Source of the DNA: an uncultured candidate division Zixibacteria bacterium
GTDB taxonomy: Bacteria; Zixibacteria; MSB-5A5; GN15; FEB-12
Direction: 5' to 3'
Assembly: GCA_963735035.1 (NCBI GenBank)
Contig: CAVTJJ010000004.1
Span: forward strand, 224,001-288,000
DNA: 64,000 nt
Positions 20,901 to 32,215 of this stretch are shown here, one piece after another. How positions within the stretch are numbered: the first letter of the stretch is position 1; every line of letters starts with the position of its first letter. The position numbers were made by a program, and so were the translations under genes. Below the pieces are notes generated by a model, which made no database searches, was not told where the DNA came from, and saw only the letters and a list, made by a program, of their open reading frames with translations.

Positions 20901-21005
20901 ACTATTCACTCCCTATGTACAGAAATCTCCGCTCAAGATAGTTGGTCTCTACTTTGATTGCCAATCAAAGTTGCAGCTTGTGTAGGAAGGAATCTGTGAA
21001 GCTGA

Positions 21006-21212
21006 TCAATCTGTCTCTACGACAAACGGTAGGATGCAGAGGAGAAGAGAGACACCTGCGAGCACGAGCAAGTTTGAAATGAAGTACGGCACAACACAAA
21101 GCCCGACTCCGGAGATCATCGGAAGGAATTTCTGCTGCTTCTTTCCGTAGATGAAATATCCCGTACCGACCGATCCGGTCAGAAGCGAAAGCAGTAGGGT
21201 AGTGCCGGTCAT
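21006..21212 (-). CDS. Small membrane protein
   Basis: 68 aa, hydrophobic, G.GYFIYGKKQ pattern. Confidence 0.7.
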   Translation of the reverse strand: MTGTTLLLSLLTGSVGTGYFIYGKKQQKFLPMISGVGLCVVPYFISNLLVLAGVSLLLCILPFVVETD

Positions 21213-21277
21213 GGTTATCCTGGTCCGATCCTATTCAGAATTCGGTGTCCTGAATAATTATCGGCAGGAATAGTCCC

Positions 21278-21341
21278 GTAGGTCAGGAGGCCTGCTCTCC
21301 AGACGAAATAAACTGTCGGGACCTCAAGGGTCCCGACCTAT
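21278..21341. repeat. GTAG-type REP doublet
   Basis: GTAGGTCAGGAG..CTCCAGAC and inverted GTCGGGACC..GGTCCCGACCTAT. Confidence 0.55.
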
Positions 21342-21377
21342 TGGAATTCTGGGTGATTTTGCTCTCGAAAGTCAGGC

Positions 21378-23300
21378 CTACATTGCGGGAGGAGCCGAAG
21401 GCGCAGGACTGTCGCTGAGACTCTGCGTGAGTATTTCCTGAACTCGCTGGGCCCGCTTGCGCTGCTCGGAATCGAGTATCGCCTTGCGCATTCGGATCGA
21501 CTTGGGCGTCACTTCCACCAATTCGTCGTCTCCGATCCACTCCATCGCCTGCTCTAAAGACATCTTGCGAGGCACATCGATCGATACCGCGATATCCTTG
21601 GTGGATGACCGGTGATTGGTCAGTTGCTTGCGCCGGGTCGGATTGCACGGCAGATCGTCGGGACGGGAATTCTCTCCCACGATCTGGCCGACATAGACCC
21701 GTTCGGTCGGCTCCACAAACAACACGGCCCGCTTCTGCAAACCTTCGATAGCGTACGCGGTCGCCGGGCCGGTATCCATACTGACCACCGAACCACGATT
21801 GCGCGCGGTAATCTCGCCGCGCCACGGACCATAGCCGACAAATCGGGCGGACATGATCCCCAGCCCGCGAGTATCGGTCAGGAATTCCGAGCGGTAGCCG
21901 ATCAGGCCGCGAGTCGGAATTTCGAATTCGATTCTGATCACTTTCGTGCCGGCGTTTTCCACCGTCCGAAGTTCCCCTTTGCGACGGGCCAGCTTCTCGA
22001 TGATGATGCCCTGGTATTCCTCGGGGACATCGATAAGCAACTGCTCGATCGGCTCAAGCGTATTGCCGGATTCATCCTGATGAGTAATGACTTCGGGACG
22101 AGAAACACAGAACTCCAGACCTTCGCGCCGCATCTCTTCGATAAGGATCGCCAGATGCAACTCGCCTCGGCCTGACACTTTGACGCCGTCGGCGCGTCCG
22201 AGGTCTTCCATGCGTAGCGCCACATTGGTGCGCAGTTCGCGTTGCAGACGCTCTTTCATCTGACGCAGCATGATCGCTGTGCCGTCGTTGCCGGAGAACG
22301 GACCGGTATTTACCAGGAAGAACATCGACACCGTCGGTTCTTCGATTTCGAGCGGCGGCAAGGCCGACGACGGATCTTCGAGCGCCGAGAAAGTATCGCC
22401 AATACCGATTTCGCTCGGACCGGCCAGCCAGACTATGTCTCCGGCGCTTATCTTGTCGGCTTCGACTCGCTGCAATCCACGCGTCACCCAGAGGTGCACG
22501 CCCTTTTCCTTGGACGTTCCGATCAGGTCCCAGCCGGCATCCTGATTGGCTGAATCTTTCCATCGCATTACGAACTTGGTGAACTCGTCGCCTATATTGA
22601 GCGTGCCACGAAGCACCCGGCCGCCGCCTATCTGTCCGATATAGTCGCTCCAGGCCAGCGTGCTGACCTGCATCAGAAACGGACCGTCCTGATCAACCTT
22701 GGGCGGAGGAACATTCGCTATGACCGTCTCAAACAGCGCATCCATTCCCTCGTGGGCTTCTGTTTCCAGGTTTCGAACAAACCATCCGGCCAGTCCTGAG
22801 CCATACAGTACGGGGAAATGCGCTTGTTCTTCGGTAGCGCCTAGATCGATAAACAAATCAAAAGTCTTATTCAGAGCATGATCCGGGCGGGCGTTCGGAC
22901 GATCGACTTTATTGATGATGACAATCGGTCGCAGCCCCAGCCTCAGGGCGCGCATCAGAACGTATCGCGTTTGCGGCATCGGTCCTTCGACCGCGTCGAC
23001 CAGAAGCAACACCGAGTCAACCATCGACAGCACCCGTTCGACTTCGCCGGAAAAATCGGCGTGTCCCGGCGTATCGATAATGTTGATGAGATATTCGTTC
23101 CAGGTGACCGTGCAGTGCTTGGCGCGGATCGTGATGCCACGCTCGCGCTCGAGGTCGTTGTTATCCATCAGGCGTTCTGCTACCTGCTGGTTATCGCGAA
23201 AAGTACGGGTAGCGCGAAATACCGAGTCGATCAGGGTCGTCTTGCCGTGGTCGATGTGGGCTATTATAGCCAGATTACGGATGCGGTCGACTGGTATCAT
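21378..23300 (-). CDS. typA: Translational GTPase TypA/BipA
   Basis: [55 protein letters not shown]. Confidence 0.97.
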   Translation of the reverse strand: MIPVDRIRNLAIIAHIDHGKTTLIDSVFRATRTFRDNQQVAERLMDNNDLERERGITIRAKHCTVTWNEYLINIIDTPGHADFSGEVERVLSMVDSVLLLVDAVEGPMPQTRYVLMRALRLGLRPIVIINKVDRPNARPDHALNKTFDLFIDLGATEEQAHFPVLYGSGLAGWFVRNLETEAHEGMDALFETVIANVPPPKVDQDGPFLMQVSTLAWSDYIGQIGGGRVLRGTLNIGDEFTKFVMRWKDSANQDAGWDLIGTSKEKGVHLWVTRGLQRVEADKISAGDIVWLAGPSEIGIGDTFSALEDPSSALPPLEIEEPTVSMFFLVNTGPFSGNDGTAIMLRQMKERLQRELRTNVALRMEDLGRADGVKVSGRGELHLAILIEEMRREGLEFCVSRPEVITHQDESGNTLEPIEQLLIDVPEEYQGIIIEKLARRKGELRTVENAGTKVIRIEFEIPTRGLIGYRSEFLTDTRGLGIMSARFVGYGPWRGEITARNRGSVVSMDTGPATAYAIEGLQKRAVLFVEPTERVYVGQIVGENSRPDDLPCNPTRRKQLTNHRSSTKDIAVSIDVPRKMSLEQAMEWIGDDELVEVTPKSIRMRKAILDSEQRKRAQRVQEILTQSLSDSPAPSAPPAM

Positions 23301-23547
23301 GATAGAACAAAACCTCTTATGGGCGGATACGTTCCCGCCTGGTTAATATCGCTACACTTAAACGTTGATCAAACCGGTAAGGGGAAGATCATCAAAAGAA
23401 AACCCGGTCCGACAATCGCCGCCCGGGTCAGTGCAGACAGCCCTTAATATAGTATCGGCAGGCGGAATCTCCAAGCGCAAAAGCCGGAGCAGATAGGTCC
23501 GAGAAGATCGACTCCCATAACCTGTTGCCCTTCAATAGCTTCATTGT

Positions 23548-23905
23548 TCTGTCTTGCCCCGCTTCAGGCGGGGCACCCAAGGGTAGTAGGTCAGGAGCCC
23601 TTAGGCTCCTGACAATTTGATTTACAAGGCGTCAGGTCACACGTCCCGCTGAGGCAGGACGCAAGACCCCCGATCAAGTCGGGGGCAGGCTCTGACGCAA
23701 CTGTGATCGAGTGGCTTTTTCGGAAGTCCGTACGAGTAGGTTGGCCTTACCGTGCTGTCAGGCGTCCCTGCCTGACAGCGGCAGACTTGTAGGTCGGGTT
23801 CACGAGTTGTTCGCGTAGCGAACGACGAGCAACCCGACAACTTCTCTGGGTGGCCCACCTGCCTGCAACTGGCGTTCCGGACACACCATGCGCCCAACGC
23901 TACAA
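23548..23905. repeat. Composite REP/BIME mosaic
   Basis: TGCCCCGCTTCAGGCGGGGCA, GTAGGTCAGGAGCCCTTAGGCTCCTGACA, CCCCGATCAAGTCGGGG, GTCAGGCGTCCCTGCCTGAC, GTAGGTCGGGTT..ACCCGAC. Confidence 0.8.
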
Positions 23906-23976
23906 GACTTGACCGCTTCTTTCGTTACGGACATCTATTCAGTTTGGTGTATAAGATTCAAGAAGGAGGCATGAAA

Positions 23977-24580
23977 ATGATCACGAAGAAGCTAGTCACT
24001 TATCGTCGTTGCCTGCGGCATGATTATTTCGGTTGGTGCGGGCAACGCCCTGGCTCAGATCAGCGGATATGTCGGAGCAGGTATGGGCGCCGCTCTGTCC
24101 AGCCTCGACAAGGCCCACGCAATTCTCGAAGCCCCGGACCTCTCCCCGAGCGAGACTTCATGGCGAATTTTCGGCGGCTTACAGTTGTGTCCCCATCTGG
24201 GGGTTGAAGCGGGCTATGTCGGTTTAGGCACGGCCAAGCTGACCATAGAGTCTCCGCACAGCTACTTTGAAGACAAAGCGACCGGCTACGATCTTACCGC
24301 GCTGGGGTATCTTCCGCTCGTGGGAAATCTGACAGCCTTCGCGCGCGGCGGAATTATGGTTTGGTCGACCGATATGACCTGGAGTTTGCCGGACGCGGAC
24401 AGCACCGGCAGTAAATCGGGCACCAACCTGACTCTGGGATTCGGCGGCCAGTACATTTTCGGACGGAGCCTGGGAGTGCGGGCCGAGTACATACGCTATG
24501 CGATTAACAAGTCCAAGGCGGGGATAGGCGATTTCAATGTCATCGCGGCGAATGTGTTCTTCGCGTTCGGGCGGAAGTAG
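23977..24580 (+). CDS. Outer-membrane beta-barrel protein, OmpA-like TM domain (frameshift ~24000 in the signal peptide)
   Basis: GGAGG RBS; GYVGAGMG, GVEAGYVGLG, AFARGG, GVRAEY amphipathic strands; terminal FAF. Confidence 0.8.
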
Positions 24581-24591
24581 GTAGTTAGTAG

Positions 24592-24620
24592 GTAGGTCAG
24601 GAGCCCTTAGGCTCCTGACA
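24592..24620. repeat. GTAG-type REP, identical to 23586-23614
   Basis: GTAGGTCAGGAGCCCTTAGGCTCCTGACA, 29/29 match. Confidence 0.85.
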
Positions 24621-24628
24621 TCGTTCCA

Positions 24629-27044
24629 TCACTCGTACCGAATCGACTTCACCGGGTTGGCAATCGCCGCCCGAATGACTTTGTAGCTGACCGTCAACAT
24701 CGCCACCACCAGTGTTCCTATCACTGCCAGCAGGAATGGCACAACACCCACTTGCGTGCGATTCGCAAACCCCTCCAGCCAGCGACTCATGAAATACCAG
24801 GCTATCGGTCCGGCTACCAGATTGGCCAGGAGTATCAGCAACACATACTCACGCGTCAGCAATCTGACGATGCTCGCCACCGACGCACCCAGAACTTTGC
24901 GAATTCCTATCTCCTTCGTGAGTCGCGTGACCGAATACGACGCCAGCCCATAGACTCCCAGCACGATTATGATCACGGCCAGAAGCGTGAACAGGCCGTA
25001 GACTTTGCCGAAGAGCATATCAGCGGCATACTGTTGATTGAAGTAATCATCGAGGAAGAAGAATTCGAACGAGTTGCCGGGGAAGACCTCGTTATAAAGC
25101 TGTCGTACTTTCTCGACCGCCCCCCGAGTGTCAGCACCGGCAATCTTGATGGCGATCGCGCCCATCGTGCCGCGTCCGTAGGGAGTGAAGCGATAGATGT
25201 GCGGCTCAAAAGCCATCTTCGGCGACTGCTGATGGTAGTCTTTGACGACGCCTATAATCGTGAACGTCTCATCCCAATAGGCGACCTTCTGGCCGATCGC
25301 ACTGTCCGCGTCTTTGAATCCCATCTGGCGGACGGCGGTCTCATTCAGCAGAAGACCTTGCTGATCGGCCGGGAATTCGCGGGAGAAGTTACGTCCGGCC
25401 ACGAATGTCAGCTCGAACAGGTTGGCGAAGTCATAGTCAACACCGACGATCTGATAGTTCTTGCCCTGGGTTTGATCCTCCTCAGCCCGGCGGATATCTC
25501 CAGCGTCCCAGTAGATCTGCTTCCCCGGCACCTCGGTCACGTGACAGACTTTGCTTATTCCGCCTTGTTGCAACAGCCGCTCTTTGAATGAATCGACGCT
25601 GTTGCCGTAGGTGGCCGCGTCGCGCACCCTGGGGCGCCCGCACTACCAGCGTCTGATCGATCGCAAAGCCGAGGTCCTGGTTGCGCATGAACGAGATTTG
25701 ATTGAAAACCGTGATGGTCGCCACAATGAGGCCCGCCGCTACGGCGAATTGCAGGACCACCAGCACTCTCCGCAGACTAATTCCGCGCGCTGAGCGGGCG
25801 AGGAATCCTTTCATCACCGTAACCGGTTGGAACGACGACAGCACGATCACCGGATAAAGCCCCGAGAGGAAAATTCCCACCAGCAGCATCAGCCCCATGG
25901 CCGGCCAGAACCAGGCCTGCCACCAGGGAGCGTAACCGGAGGGGAGTCCGACCAGTTGATTGAAGAAGGGAAGCGACCCGGCTATAAGTCCGAGTGCCAT
26001 TAACCCCGCCACCAGGTTGGTGACCGCCAATTCAACGAAGAACTGTCCCGCCAGATGAATCCGCGACGCGCCTACGACCTTTCGCAGTCCCACCTCTTTT
26101 GCCCGGTTAGATGCACCGGCGGTGGACATGTTCACAAAGTTGACCCAGGCCATGATCATGATGAACATCGCGATAATCTTGAGATACTCGACCGACTGCC
26201 GGTTGCCGTTTGCCTGATATTCCTGCATGAAATGGGAGTCGAGGTGGATGTCGGTCAATGGCTGCATTTTGAGGTCGATCGTCATCTGGTAGTCTTTGAG
26301 CCAGGGACACTCGGCCGTTACCAGTTCCGAAAGCCTGCCCTCGAAGTCCTGAGCGCTGGCCCCGGGAGCGAGGCGAAGATAGGTATAGGCTCCGGTCTCT
26401 CCCCAGGATTCGGTGTAGTCGGTCCCGGCTTTGGCCGCCAGAGTCGCCCAGGGCAATAGGATGTCAAATTTCAGGTGGGAGTTTTCCGGGACATCCTTGA
26501 ACACGCCGACTATCTTGTAGTCGGTCTTGCGATCAATGCTGATTATTTCGCCGAGAGGATCCTTCTCCCCGAAATACTTGCGGGCCGTCGACTCGGATAT
26601 GCAGGCGTTGTTCTGCGCCTGCAGGCCGGCGAGCGGATCACCGCTGACGAATTCAAATTTCAGGACGTCGAGGAAATCCGGCTCGGCATAGTACACTCTC
26701 TCCTCCAGGAACTGCGTATTGCCGTACGAGACACATCCCTGGGTCTTGAAGATTCGGCCGATCTTTTCGACCTCGGAATACTTCTCCCGGACGCGGGCTG
26801 CAGCTGGGGGAGTGCAGGAGGCGAATTTCACGGTAAGACCGGACCCGTCAGTCCGCTCATAGCGAAGGCGGTAGATTCTATCACTGTCCTTGTGGAAACG
26901 ATCGTAGCCGGTTTCGTAGGTTACATAATGCCAGATCAAAAGGCTGGCTGCAATTCCCACCGCCAGTCCGACGATGCTGACTGCCGACGCAGCCCGGTTT
27001 CGGTTCAAATTACGGAAGGCCAGGATCAGGTAGTTCTTAAGCAT
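24629..27044 (-). CDS. MacB/FtsX-family ABC transporter permease (frameshift ~25635)
   Basis: MLKNYL..AFRNL, RAKEVGLRKVVGA, LVVLQFA, KEIGIRKVLGAS, ANPVKSIRYE across two frames. Confidence 0.9.
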
Positions 27045-27239
27045 GAGGGTCTCCGATAGGTCTCTCGTTGCACGATCATCTTTGCCGATCCGCTCGGGGA
27101 TGGCTCAATCGTCTCTGTCAAGGTGTCGCTTCCAAAGAGTACGAAGAAAGGCCCGATTTCGTCCAAAATATTCTGTTTTCAGGGGAGATATTCGATGCCC
27201 GATGAGAGGCGAAAGCATGACCTGAATCGAACCAACCAC

Positions 27240-27274
27240 AAAAAACCCCGGGGCGCTCCATGCACCCCAGGGTT
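27240..27274 (-). terminator. Intrinsic terminator of the lipoprotein gene
   Basis: Minus strand AACCCTGGGGTGC..GCGCCCCGGGGTT followed by a T run. Confidence 0.6.
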
Positions 27275-27296
27275 GCCAGACATCTTTTCGCGAAAT

Positions 27297-28046
27297 CTAC
27301 TTCATGTTGCGCTGCGTAGTCGATGCATTCGGCACCACTCTGATACCGCTCGGTTGTCTCGGAGAACCAGTCGCCGGCGCCTCGGTGATCTGCCAGTTGT
27401 TCGCCACGCTCGGATCGCCACCTGAGAATGTCATCCGATAGCCGAACTCAAGCGGATAGTAACCCGACCAGTCCGGAGTCCAATAATCGATGTACCCGTA
27501 CAAATCATATACATTGTCAGACTGACGAACCACATTGCTCTGCGCCTGGGTCACGTAGAACACCCAACCGTCGGTATAGCCGAACTGCTGGTTGATGAAG
27601 TCGATCACCAGCGCGTTCACGTAGGTCTCCATCGACGAGAACGCGAGCTGTTCGTTCGGGTTGCACTGAAGCGTGACGACCGTGTCCACCAGTTGCACCG
27701 TGTCGTAGTGATGCTGGACTGTGGTGACCGTGTCATGGACAGTAACCGTATGATTGACCACGACCGTATCGTAAACCGTATGGTTTACCACGACCGTATC
27801 GTGAACCGTATGGTTCTGAATCACCGTGTCGCGCACGATGATCGTGTCGGTGTCATGTAACGTCACCGAATCCTTCACGCGCACGGTGTCGAAGTGGATG
27901 ATCGTGTCGGGCGGAAGCGTGACATATTCGATGTCGTGCACGTACTGAGTGTCTTCGACAATCTTCTCTTTGTTGCAGCCGGCCGTCATAATCACTATGG
28001 CCAGGGTCAGAAGCAAAGCGGTAGCGAGCAGGGTTCTTTTGATCAA
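27297..28046 (-). CDS. Lipoprotein with a long (H/x)DTV beta-repeat tract
   Basis: Lipobox TAGC; about 80 aa of DTV/HTV repeats; aromatic-rich C-terminal domain. Confidence 0.8.
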   Translation of the reverse strand: MIKRTLLATALLLTLAIVIMTAGCNKEKIVEDTQYVHDIEYVTLPPDTIIHFDTVRVKDSVTLHDTDTIIVRDTVIQNHTVHDTVVVNHTVYDTVVVNHTVTVHDTVTTVQHHYDTVQLVDTVVTLQCNPNEQLAFSSMETYVNALVIDFINQQFGYTDGWVFYVTQAQSNVVRQSDNVYDLYGYIDYWTPDWSGYYPLEFGYRMTFSGGDPSVANNWQITEAPATGSPRQPSGIRVVPNASTTQRNMK

Positions 28047-28090
28047 TTTCTCTCCAATCGTTCAGGAGCCTATTTGCCTGGGTGCTTATC

Positions 28091-28107
28091 TGCAAAAGGC
28101 GCGCCCA
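28091..28107 (-). promoter_or_regulatory. sigma54-like -24/-12 promoter
   Basis: GG-CGCGCCTTTT-GCA (GG-N10-GC), 45 bp upstream of 28046. Confidence 0.45.
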
Positions 28108-28273
28108 GAGCGGACAAACTCGCAGGACAATGCTAAGCTGTTAATTCTTAATTGGTTAGTAGGGCGGCGTGGTGGCGGGCGGCGTGAAAGGGCACACCCC
28201 AAATCGATAAAACTATGCAACTTAAGGATTACTACGGGTCGGGCCGGGACTGTAGGTCTTCGACGGGACAGCC

Positions 28274-28311
28274 CAAAAGAGAACAACCCCCAGCTTCAGC
28301 CGGAGGTTGTT
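28274..28311 (-). terminator. Intrinsic terminator
   Basis: AACAACCTCCGGC-TGAA-GCTGGGGGTTGTT followed by CTCTTTT. Confidence 0.65.
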
Positions 28312-28403
28312 ATCTATGAAGATTTAGATGTTGGAAGCGCCTGTTGATTTGGCCACTAAAGTGGCGGGTTCGTTTCTTTACCGCCCTCAAGCAGCGCTTC
28401 CTC
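28274..28403 (-). ncRNA. Candidate structured small RNA of unknown family
   Basis: TTGACA box at 28433-28438, long closing stem GGAAGCGC..TTGA/TCAA..GCGCTTCC, internal hairpins, own terminator. Confidence 0.4.
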
Positions 28404-28486
28404 TGACATAAATATCGTCAATCTTGTCTATTTGTCAACACATTTCGCGATAGCCCCCGAAAAGAATGTGCAGGCGCCGGACAATT

Positions 28487-29907
28487 TCAAGCGGCCGACT
28501 GTGTGCCGAGCGCGAGCTGACGCCGCCAGGCCGCCACTAATCCGAACAGGAGCGCCATGATATAACCCCCCTCGCCCCAGGTCCAGGCGCGCATGTAGAA
28601 GATAGTTATCGTGAAGACAAACATCGCTATGAAAAGCGCCGCCGAAATCTGCGTGTCCGCTTTCGCAAGCCGCAGCTTGAAGGTTCGAAAACCGGCGCGC
28701 AGCCCCAGGAAAGTTAAAGCCAGCAGCGACACCGCTCCGATCAGCCCGGTCTCAGCCAGGTAGTGCAGTAGGACATTGTGTGCCGACATACCCTTCACCT
28801 GGGCGTAGAGCGGGATAGTGTGTAATTCAGGATACATCTGGTGTACAATTCGGAAATTACCGATACCGATTCCCGTTAAGGGGTGATCGAGAAAAGTCCT
28901 GATCGCGGTTTTCCAAAGCACGAATCGAAGCGCGATAGTCCCCGACGGGTCATTGGCCGACTCGAGGAACTCTTCGTAACGCAGCCAGGTTTTCGCCAGA
29001 AGATTGGTGCTTAGCGAAACCGCCACGATCGTGATGAGGGCGATGGCGACTACGACTATGATAGCGGTGCGTCCCACCTGACGACTGCTCTCCCGATTCG
29101 CTTTCCGTCTCGCGAACCATAGCAACGCCGGTATCGCTATGACTACAGTCAGGAGCGGACCGCGTGACTGCGTGGCTATAATACCGGCGGCGATACAGGC
29201 GGCACCCAGACCGTGAAAAATACGAGTTCTTGCGTCGGGGGCCCAAAGCACGAACGCGAGCGCCATGGGCAGCGCCGTCATGGACATCGGTTCGTATCCC
29301 AGAGCGGCCGGCCCAAATGCCCGCACGGTACCTCCCGAACTGATCAGAACCGCGACATTGCAGAGCGAAAGAACAATCACGACTCCGATGTAGAGCAGCA
29401 GAATCTTCCGCACGCCCAGCTCGAACGCGAACTTGAAGAAGATCCTGAAGGCGAGATAGATCGTTCCGATACGTATCAGCGGCACGACTGAATACGACGG
29501 CTGGTAGGCGAAGACAGCTGAGATCAATGTGGCAGCGATAAGAACCAGAAACGCGACATCGAATCCGGTAGGACGGATTTCGCCGTCCGATTTCAACAGG
29601 AACTCCAAGGCCATGGCGGCGAAAGTCACGGCCAGCAGGATGTCGAACGGATGCACGGCGAACGTGGTAGTCAGCCGCTGTGGAAGCCAGACCGCCATAG
29701 AAAAGAAGAACAGATAAAACGACACTCGCGGAGCCAGCGTCAGAGCCACCAGCACTATTCCTACGATCATGACGAGCGCAATCAGCCCCCGGCCCATGAA
29801 CATCATCAGGAGCGCAGCTCCAGCGCCGCCAGAAACGGCGAGAGAGCGAGCAGCCCTGCCACAGTGGGCGAAGTGTTCAGGCGATTAATCGAGGTTGAAA
29901 CGGTCAT
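28487..29907 (-). CDS. O-antigen ligase/polymerase (Wzy_C) family membrane protein (open frame 28487-29806; probable frameshift ~29843)
   Basis: Multi-TM; TQSRG, LRFVLWK, PLTGIGIGNF, AHNVLLHYLAETG. Confidence 0.88.
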
Positions 29908-30068
29908 CGTAATACGAATTAATTTATTGATCTGACCGGAATATATCTCAGTGCGCGGAGGGTGTCACGGGGAAAGTTGGCGGTAGCCCAGACCGTAACT
30001 ATTTATTGATCACTCGAATGTTGCCGGTGCCCTCCCCCTGGTAGAAGCTGTTGAAAAGGGCCTTTCAC

Positions 30069-30198
30069 TGTCATCGCGAGTCTCGACCGCGCTTCGCGGG
30101 CGAGACGTGGCGATCTCAAATGATGCTGGTGCGACATTCTTGAGATTGCCACGCTACGATGTCCCGCCGGACGGCGGGCATCTTCGCTCGCAATGACG
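30069..30198. repeat. Inverted REP-like pair
   Basis: TGTCATCGCGAG..GTGGCGATCTC ... GAGATTGCCACG..CTCGCAATGAC. Confidence 0.75.
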
Positions 30199-30249
30199 TA
30201 CAGTAGAACTCTTTCAAGACTCGCCTTGCGGTGGATCGGCCGTTCCGGA

Positions 30250-31005
30250 CTACTTCATCACCGCCCGGAAAGCTTCAGCCATCTTAGCGTAACCGGCGTC
30301 GTTCGGGTGGATGGCGTCGCGAGCCATGTTGTCGGGAAGAAACCCCTCACTGTCTGCAAGCGAGGCATAATAGTCCACGACTTTAAGCCCCTTCTGGCGG
30401 GCGAAATCTTTCGCGCGGGCGTTGAACAGCCGCGTCTCCTCGCTTATGCTGTAGCCGTCAAATTCTTCAGCGCGGCGTGTCACCGGCAGAATTGTCGCCA
30501 CGATCGGTTCGATCCCCCGCGCCTGAGCCGCTAGGGCCATTGTTTCGAACTCATCCCAGATCGCCCGACTGTTGGCGTCAGGTTTGAAATTCCCGGCGCA
30601 AATCTTGATCACGACCTTCCCCGGTCGAAGTTCGAGTACGTCCGACGCAAGTCGTGCCAGTAGCTGGGTGCTCGATTGCGAGCCAACTCCCCGGTTGAGG
30701 GTCTTGAACTCAGGCAGAAGAGAGTCGGTGTTGAACCCTTTGGTTATGGAAGCGCCGTAGAAGATGCACATCTGTTTGCGATCTTCGGGAGTAGTGGTCT
30801 CGATCAGGCGTCGGTTCTGGTTGCGAAAGACCGCCAGGCCGGGATAGTCGGCCGACAATTCGCGATTCTTACGGGTCAGGTCATCGAGATATTTCTGCAG
30901 CATCCGATTTTCGTCGCGAAGCTGATACGCCTTGTAAAGCAGGAAGCCGCCGACAAAATTGCCGGCCAGCAGAATCAAGAGTATGATGGTCCAGATCGGT
31001 TTCAC
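30250..31005 (-). CDS. Membrane-anchored SGNH/GDSL hydrolase family protein
   Basis: YGASIT, NRGVGSQ, DAIHPN; N-terminal TM helix. Confidence 0.85.
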   Translation of the reverse strand: MKPIWTIILLILLAGNFVGGFLLYKAYQLRDENRMLQKYLDDLTRKNRELSADYPGLAVFRNQNRRLIETTTPEDRKQMCIFYGASITKGFNTDSLLPEFKTLNRGVGSQSSTQLLARLASDVLELRPGKVVIKICAGNFKPDANSRAIWDEFETMALAAQARGIEPIVATILPVTRRAEEFDGYSISEETRLFNARAKDFARQKGLKVVDYYASLADSEGFLPDNMARDAIHPNDAGYAKMAEAFRAVMK

Positions 31006-31142
31006 ATGTTCTCCGGTTCAATCAGTTAGTGTCAGTCATCGGATAGTCTTCTCCCGGTACAAAGTCAACCGTTTTTGAAAGGCCTATCGCCAGATCGTCA
31101 CGAGAAGAACAATGGGGGATGCAGGCCGGATACAGGATCGGC

Positions 31143-31784
31143 TCAGAAGCACTGGGGGAGAGGACGTCCGCTAACGAAAAGATAGTCGATCAACATTGAG
31201 ATGTCCGCGATCGTGATATCCCCGCCGGGTCCCTGACGGGGATTGGCGCCACCGGACTGATTGATATCTCCTTCGGCTGCACACCAAAGAGGTCGGTTTG
31301 AGACCATGAGATGATCAACCAGGGTCATAATATCGGAGACGGTAGGATCGTCGCCTGGCGAGCCATTCGCGTTGCCGACTCGCCCGATACAGCAACTTGT
31401 CGCCACGGCCACTATCAGTGGCGAATTGGAAAGCTCTGAGATGTTGCCGGCCTTGTCATGGGAGCGCAGGGCAAAGTAGTAACCGGCTCCGGGCGTGAGT
31501 CCCAGCACCAGTACCGAGTCAACGGAACCGGCTGGTGAGGGGAAAGGCACGCCAGGTATTTGCGCGGCTGCGTTCCATTCGGCTTCAGTATCAAGAGGCC
31601 CCTGGGCGAAATTCTGATACCTGATCTGGTAACCGGCCGCGGTTCCGACATAGCCGTCGTCGCCCGGCGCGGTCCAACGAAGAATAACCCCTCCCGTCGA
31701 TGCGGATTGGGCTGGGACAACTGCAAGTAACAGCAGAAGAATCAACACGCCGATGGGGAGTCGAAAAGCGGAACTAAATGTCAT
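31143..31784 (-). CDS. Secreted FN3 + dockerin-like domain protein
   Basis: Signal peptide; WTAPGDDG..GTAAGYQIRY..YYFALRS.DKAGN.S.LSN; CCIGRVGNANG..DINQSGG..LPQC. Confidence 0.85.
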   Translation of the reverse strand: MTFSSAFRLPIGVLILLLLLAVVPAQSASTGGVILRWTAPGDDGYVGTAAGYQIRYQNFAQGPLDTEAEWNAAAQIPGVPFPSPAGSVDSVLVLGLTPGAGYYFALRSHDKAGNISELSNSPLIVAVATSCCIGRVGNANGSPGDDPTVSDIMTLVDHLMVSNRPLWCAAEGDINQSGGANPRQGPGGDITIADISMLIDYLFVSGRPLPQCF

Positions 31785-32164
31785 TTCAGAAACAGAATCG
31801 TCGTCTTAACATGTTTTCGTTCAACGCAGTATCGGCGTTCTGCCGGAACGGTGTGAGGAATCGAGGCTGCCGGTTTGAAGGACCGTGTTTTTCGAACAAC
31901 CGGGGCTGGCTTCCATAGCGGCCCGCCCGGTCGGGGCAAGTAAAGTGATCAGCAATCCGTCGCACCTATGTTATACAACATTCCGCGATCTGTCAAGCGG
32001 ATATAACCCGGAAAAATGTGCATAAGAAGCAGATTCTAATCAGAATATCTTAGACCGTATTAGACCACGAATCCTTTACGAAATAGTAGTCTATTCCGTG
32101 TCAGAATAGTTGGATTTAGTGCTACTGTGTGACCGACAACTGCTTGTGTGACGAGTTGTGGGGA

Positions 32165-32215
32165 GAAGAACGTTGTACGAGCTGGCAGATGTGGGTATCT
32201 GCCGAGCACTCTTCA
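32165..32215. repeat. REP-like palindrome (GGCAGATG family)
   Basis: GTTGTACGAGCTGGCAGATGTGGGTATCTGCCGAGCAC. Confidence 0.7.

Noticed and set aside
28333..28405. SAH riboswitch
   Set aside because: GAGG(A)AGCGCTGC and CAAC(A)GGCGCT resemble its ends, but the CAGGCTC segment is missing and the downstream gene is unrelated to SAH recycling.
31790..32160. ncRNA or operator array in the AT-rich spacer (TTAGACC x2, TGTGTGAC x2)
   Set aside because: The repeats are too short to distinguish from chance.
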